A stretch of 63,153 nt of DNA, filler included, from Hyphochytrium catenoides (Eukaryota > Protista > Hyphochytriomycota): NCBI GenBank assembly GCA_900088475.1. It is 12 parts of 12 records of this genome, joined end to end, with 100 filler letters (N's around TTAATTAATTAA, not from the genome) between each part and the next. Parts side by side here need not be neighbours in the genome. Positions count along the whole stretch, not along the records: positions 61,559 to 63,153 come from FLMG01003091.1; 11 more parts are not named here. The stretch is one strand, 5' to 3'. Below, piece by piece: positions 61,559-63,153 of the stretch; positions within the stretch are counted from its first letter, which is position 1; each line of letters begins with the position of its first letter. The position numbers and the translations under genes are program-made. The notes under the pieces are model-generated. The model was not told where the DNA came from, searched no databases, and was given only the letters and a program-made list of their open reading frames with translations.

Positions 61559-63153
61559 TCTGTCTAAGTAAGCCACGGTAGGCAATTCGTGTTGGGTGGG
61601 TTTGATTTTTTAGGATGAGTTCTCAGACAGCCGGGCGCTGACCTCCCGCAGAAGGAACGCGATGTCATTGTGTTCAACTGCGTATAAAACAATATCTTGG
61701 ATGGAGACTTCGGAAGTAGACAGCTAAGAAGAACTTGGTCAGGCATGCTGCCGAGCTCTCACGCACTAAGAGAAGGATTCAAATACCTCTGCACCATGTA
61801 GCTTGGTTGACGCCGCATCCAAAGTGACCTTCAGCTTATGACCGCTTTGAAAGCTGAAGAGTATCGTGTCTTCTGAAGCAACCTCAATGCTATAGCCTGA
61901 AATAGAGCTGTAGGTCTTGTCTAAGGACTCGTACCTACAGGTGAAGGTTAATGGCTGTGTGAAAAGAGGTAACCATATGGAAGCCGTATTTGACCAACCA
62001 TGCACGTATTGCTTCAAGCTTGTCTGTTCTGCTCTGAAGGGCTTGCATTTTGGTTCTTTGCTCCTCCGTTTTCTGATGACGATGATGTGAGACCCTATAA
62101 AGCGAGTAGGATGCCATTTGACCAAATTATCAACAACTACGTACCGTCGAAAGTCTTTTCAACTCCTCGAGCTCCCGTCTTCTGGTCTCTAAGTCTGGTC
62201 GTAAGAGAAGCAATCGTTCCTGGGGGACGTTGGTTACGTTACGATGGCTATCTGCATGAGGATAATGGGGCTTACCTGGAAGTCTTGCTTCTTCTGATTC
62301 AATGACTGGATGGACTCCGTCTGAGAGTGTCAGTTCAGTATAAGACGTACAGGGCCATAGAGGCTTAACCTTTCCAGCCAACCTGTTGTTCCAGCATCTC
62401 ATGGCAATCCTCGACACTGGAGGGAGCCACCTTAGTGGACGGTTCCTTGGCCTTCAGCTCTGCAAGCTCATTTCTTTTGTCTCTTATTTGGCATAGAATA
62501 TGCTCAATCCGCTGATTATTACTCTCATAGGTTCCTTGTACTGGTAGCAGAAGTCGATTGCATCAGGGAGCTGCCTCTTAGCGGCAGTGTTATAGCGGCA
62601 GTGTTAACAGCAATATTGTCAGCCCTACCGTTCTTTAGTTCGTGCAATTTACTTCGGAAGGTAGTCTCTGCAGCCTGACTCTTCTCCTTGAGCTCGCGCA
62701 CTTGTTCCTTTTTCTTCTTCATGTCAATCTCTATGGAGAGCGGGCCTAAGTTAGAGTATGGAGCAGGAGATAAGAGGGTCAAGGAGTGGGATGGACCTGC
62801 CGAGGCCACAGCGACTCCTTCTTTGAGGTCAGACAAGGGGTCATCTTCTGCGAGCCTCTCAATGTAGTTCTGGGCTAGCTGAGAATCTCGATACGCTGTT
62901 TTAAGAACTTGAAATTGTTTCTACATGCACAGGTTTGGATGAGGGCTAGGCGCGAAATAACGAACAGCATTTCGAGCACCTTCAACTCCACAAACTCATG
63001 AGAGCCAATAGAGGAGTTTTGAAGCAGATCCGTAGAGCGTGAGCTCTCCCCTAGTGCTACGATTCTCTTGATGTCCCTGTGCCAAGAGTAAGTCAGAACC
63101 ATGCGTATCCTCAGAGAGAAGGAGACTACTGACTTTTGCACAGCCTCTAAGAA
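61559..63153 (-). CDS. Multi-exon coiled-coil gene fragment, possibly KNL1/Spc7 C-terminal region
   Basis: Short GT-AG introns with CTGAC/TTAAC branch points join ..FVELK|KQFQVLKTAYRDSQLAQNYIERL..DLKEGV, a coiled coil, and SISGYSIEVASEDTILFSF..LKVTL (RWD-like). Confidence 0.4.

Overview
Eukaryotic draft sequence made of about 12 separate contigs joined by artificial 100-nt spacers (44 N + TTAATTAATTAA + 44 N), plus two plain N gaps. Neighbourhood across spacers is therefore not informative. Genes are intron-rich (GT-AG, CTAAC/CTGAC branch points), and introns and intergenic DNA are full of (CT)n/(AG)n microsatellite, which creates most of the spurious SL/ER-repeat ORFs. Manual splicing recovers a gankyrin/PSMD10-like ankyrin protein, a TOG/CLASP-N protein, RRP12 (partial), a CYP86-clan P450, an intronless Cys/His-repeat (WRKY19-like) protein, RtcB (partial), TTLL12 (partial), a TCAF/M60 metallopeptidase, a secreted IPT/TIG + beta-propeller protein, EFCAB2/DRC8 and a possible KNL1/Spc7 C-terminus. 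DRC8 suggests a flagellated protist, possibly a stramenopile (inference only). TE-rich contigs carry decayed Ty1/copia, Ty3/gypsy, CRE-like non-LTR and possible Helentron-associated elements. The most unusual signals are: (1) intron 3 of the ankyrin gene is largely an inverted copy of intron 1 (69/70-nt identical core), bracketing exons 2-3; (2) introns come in complementary AG-rich and CT-rich polarities; (3) a gag frame has a 69-bp VNTR with an in-frame TAG in every full unit while an overlapping frame stays open.
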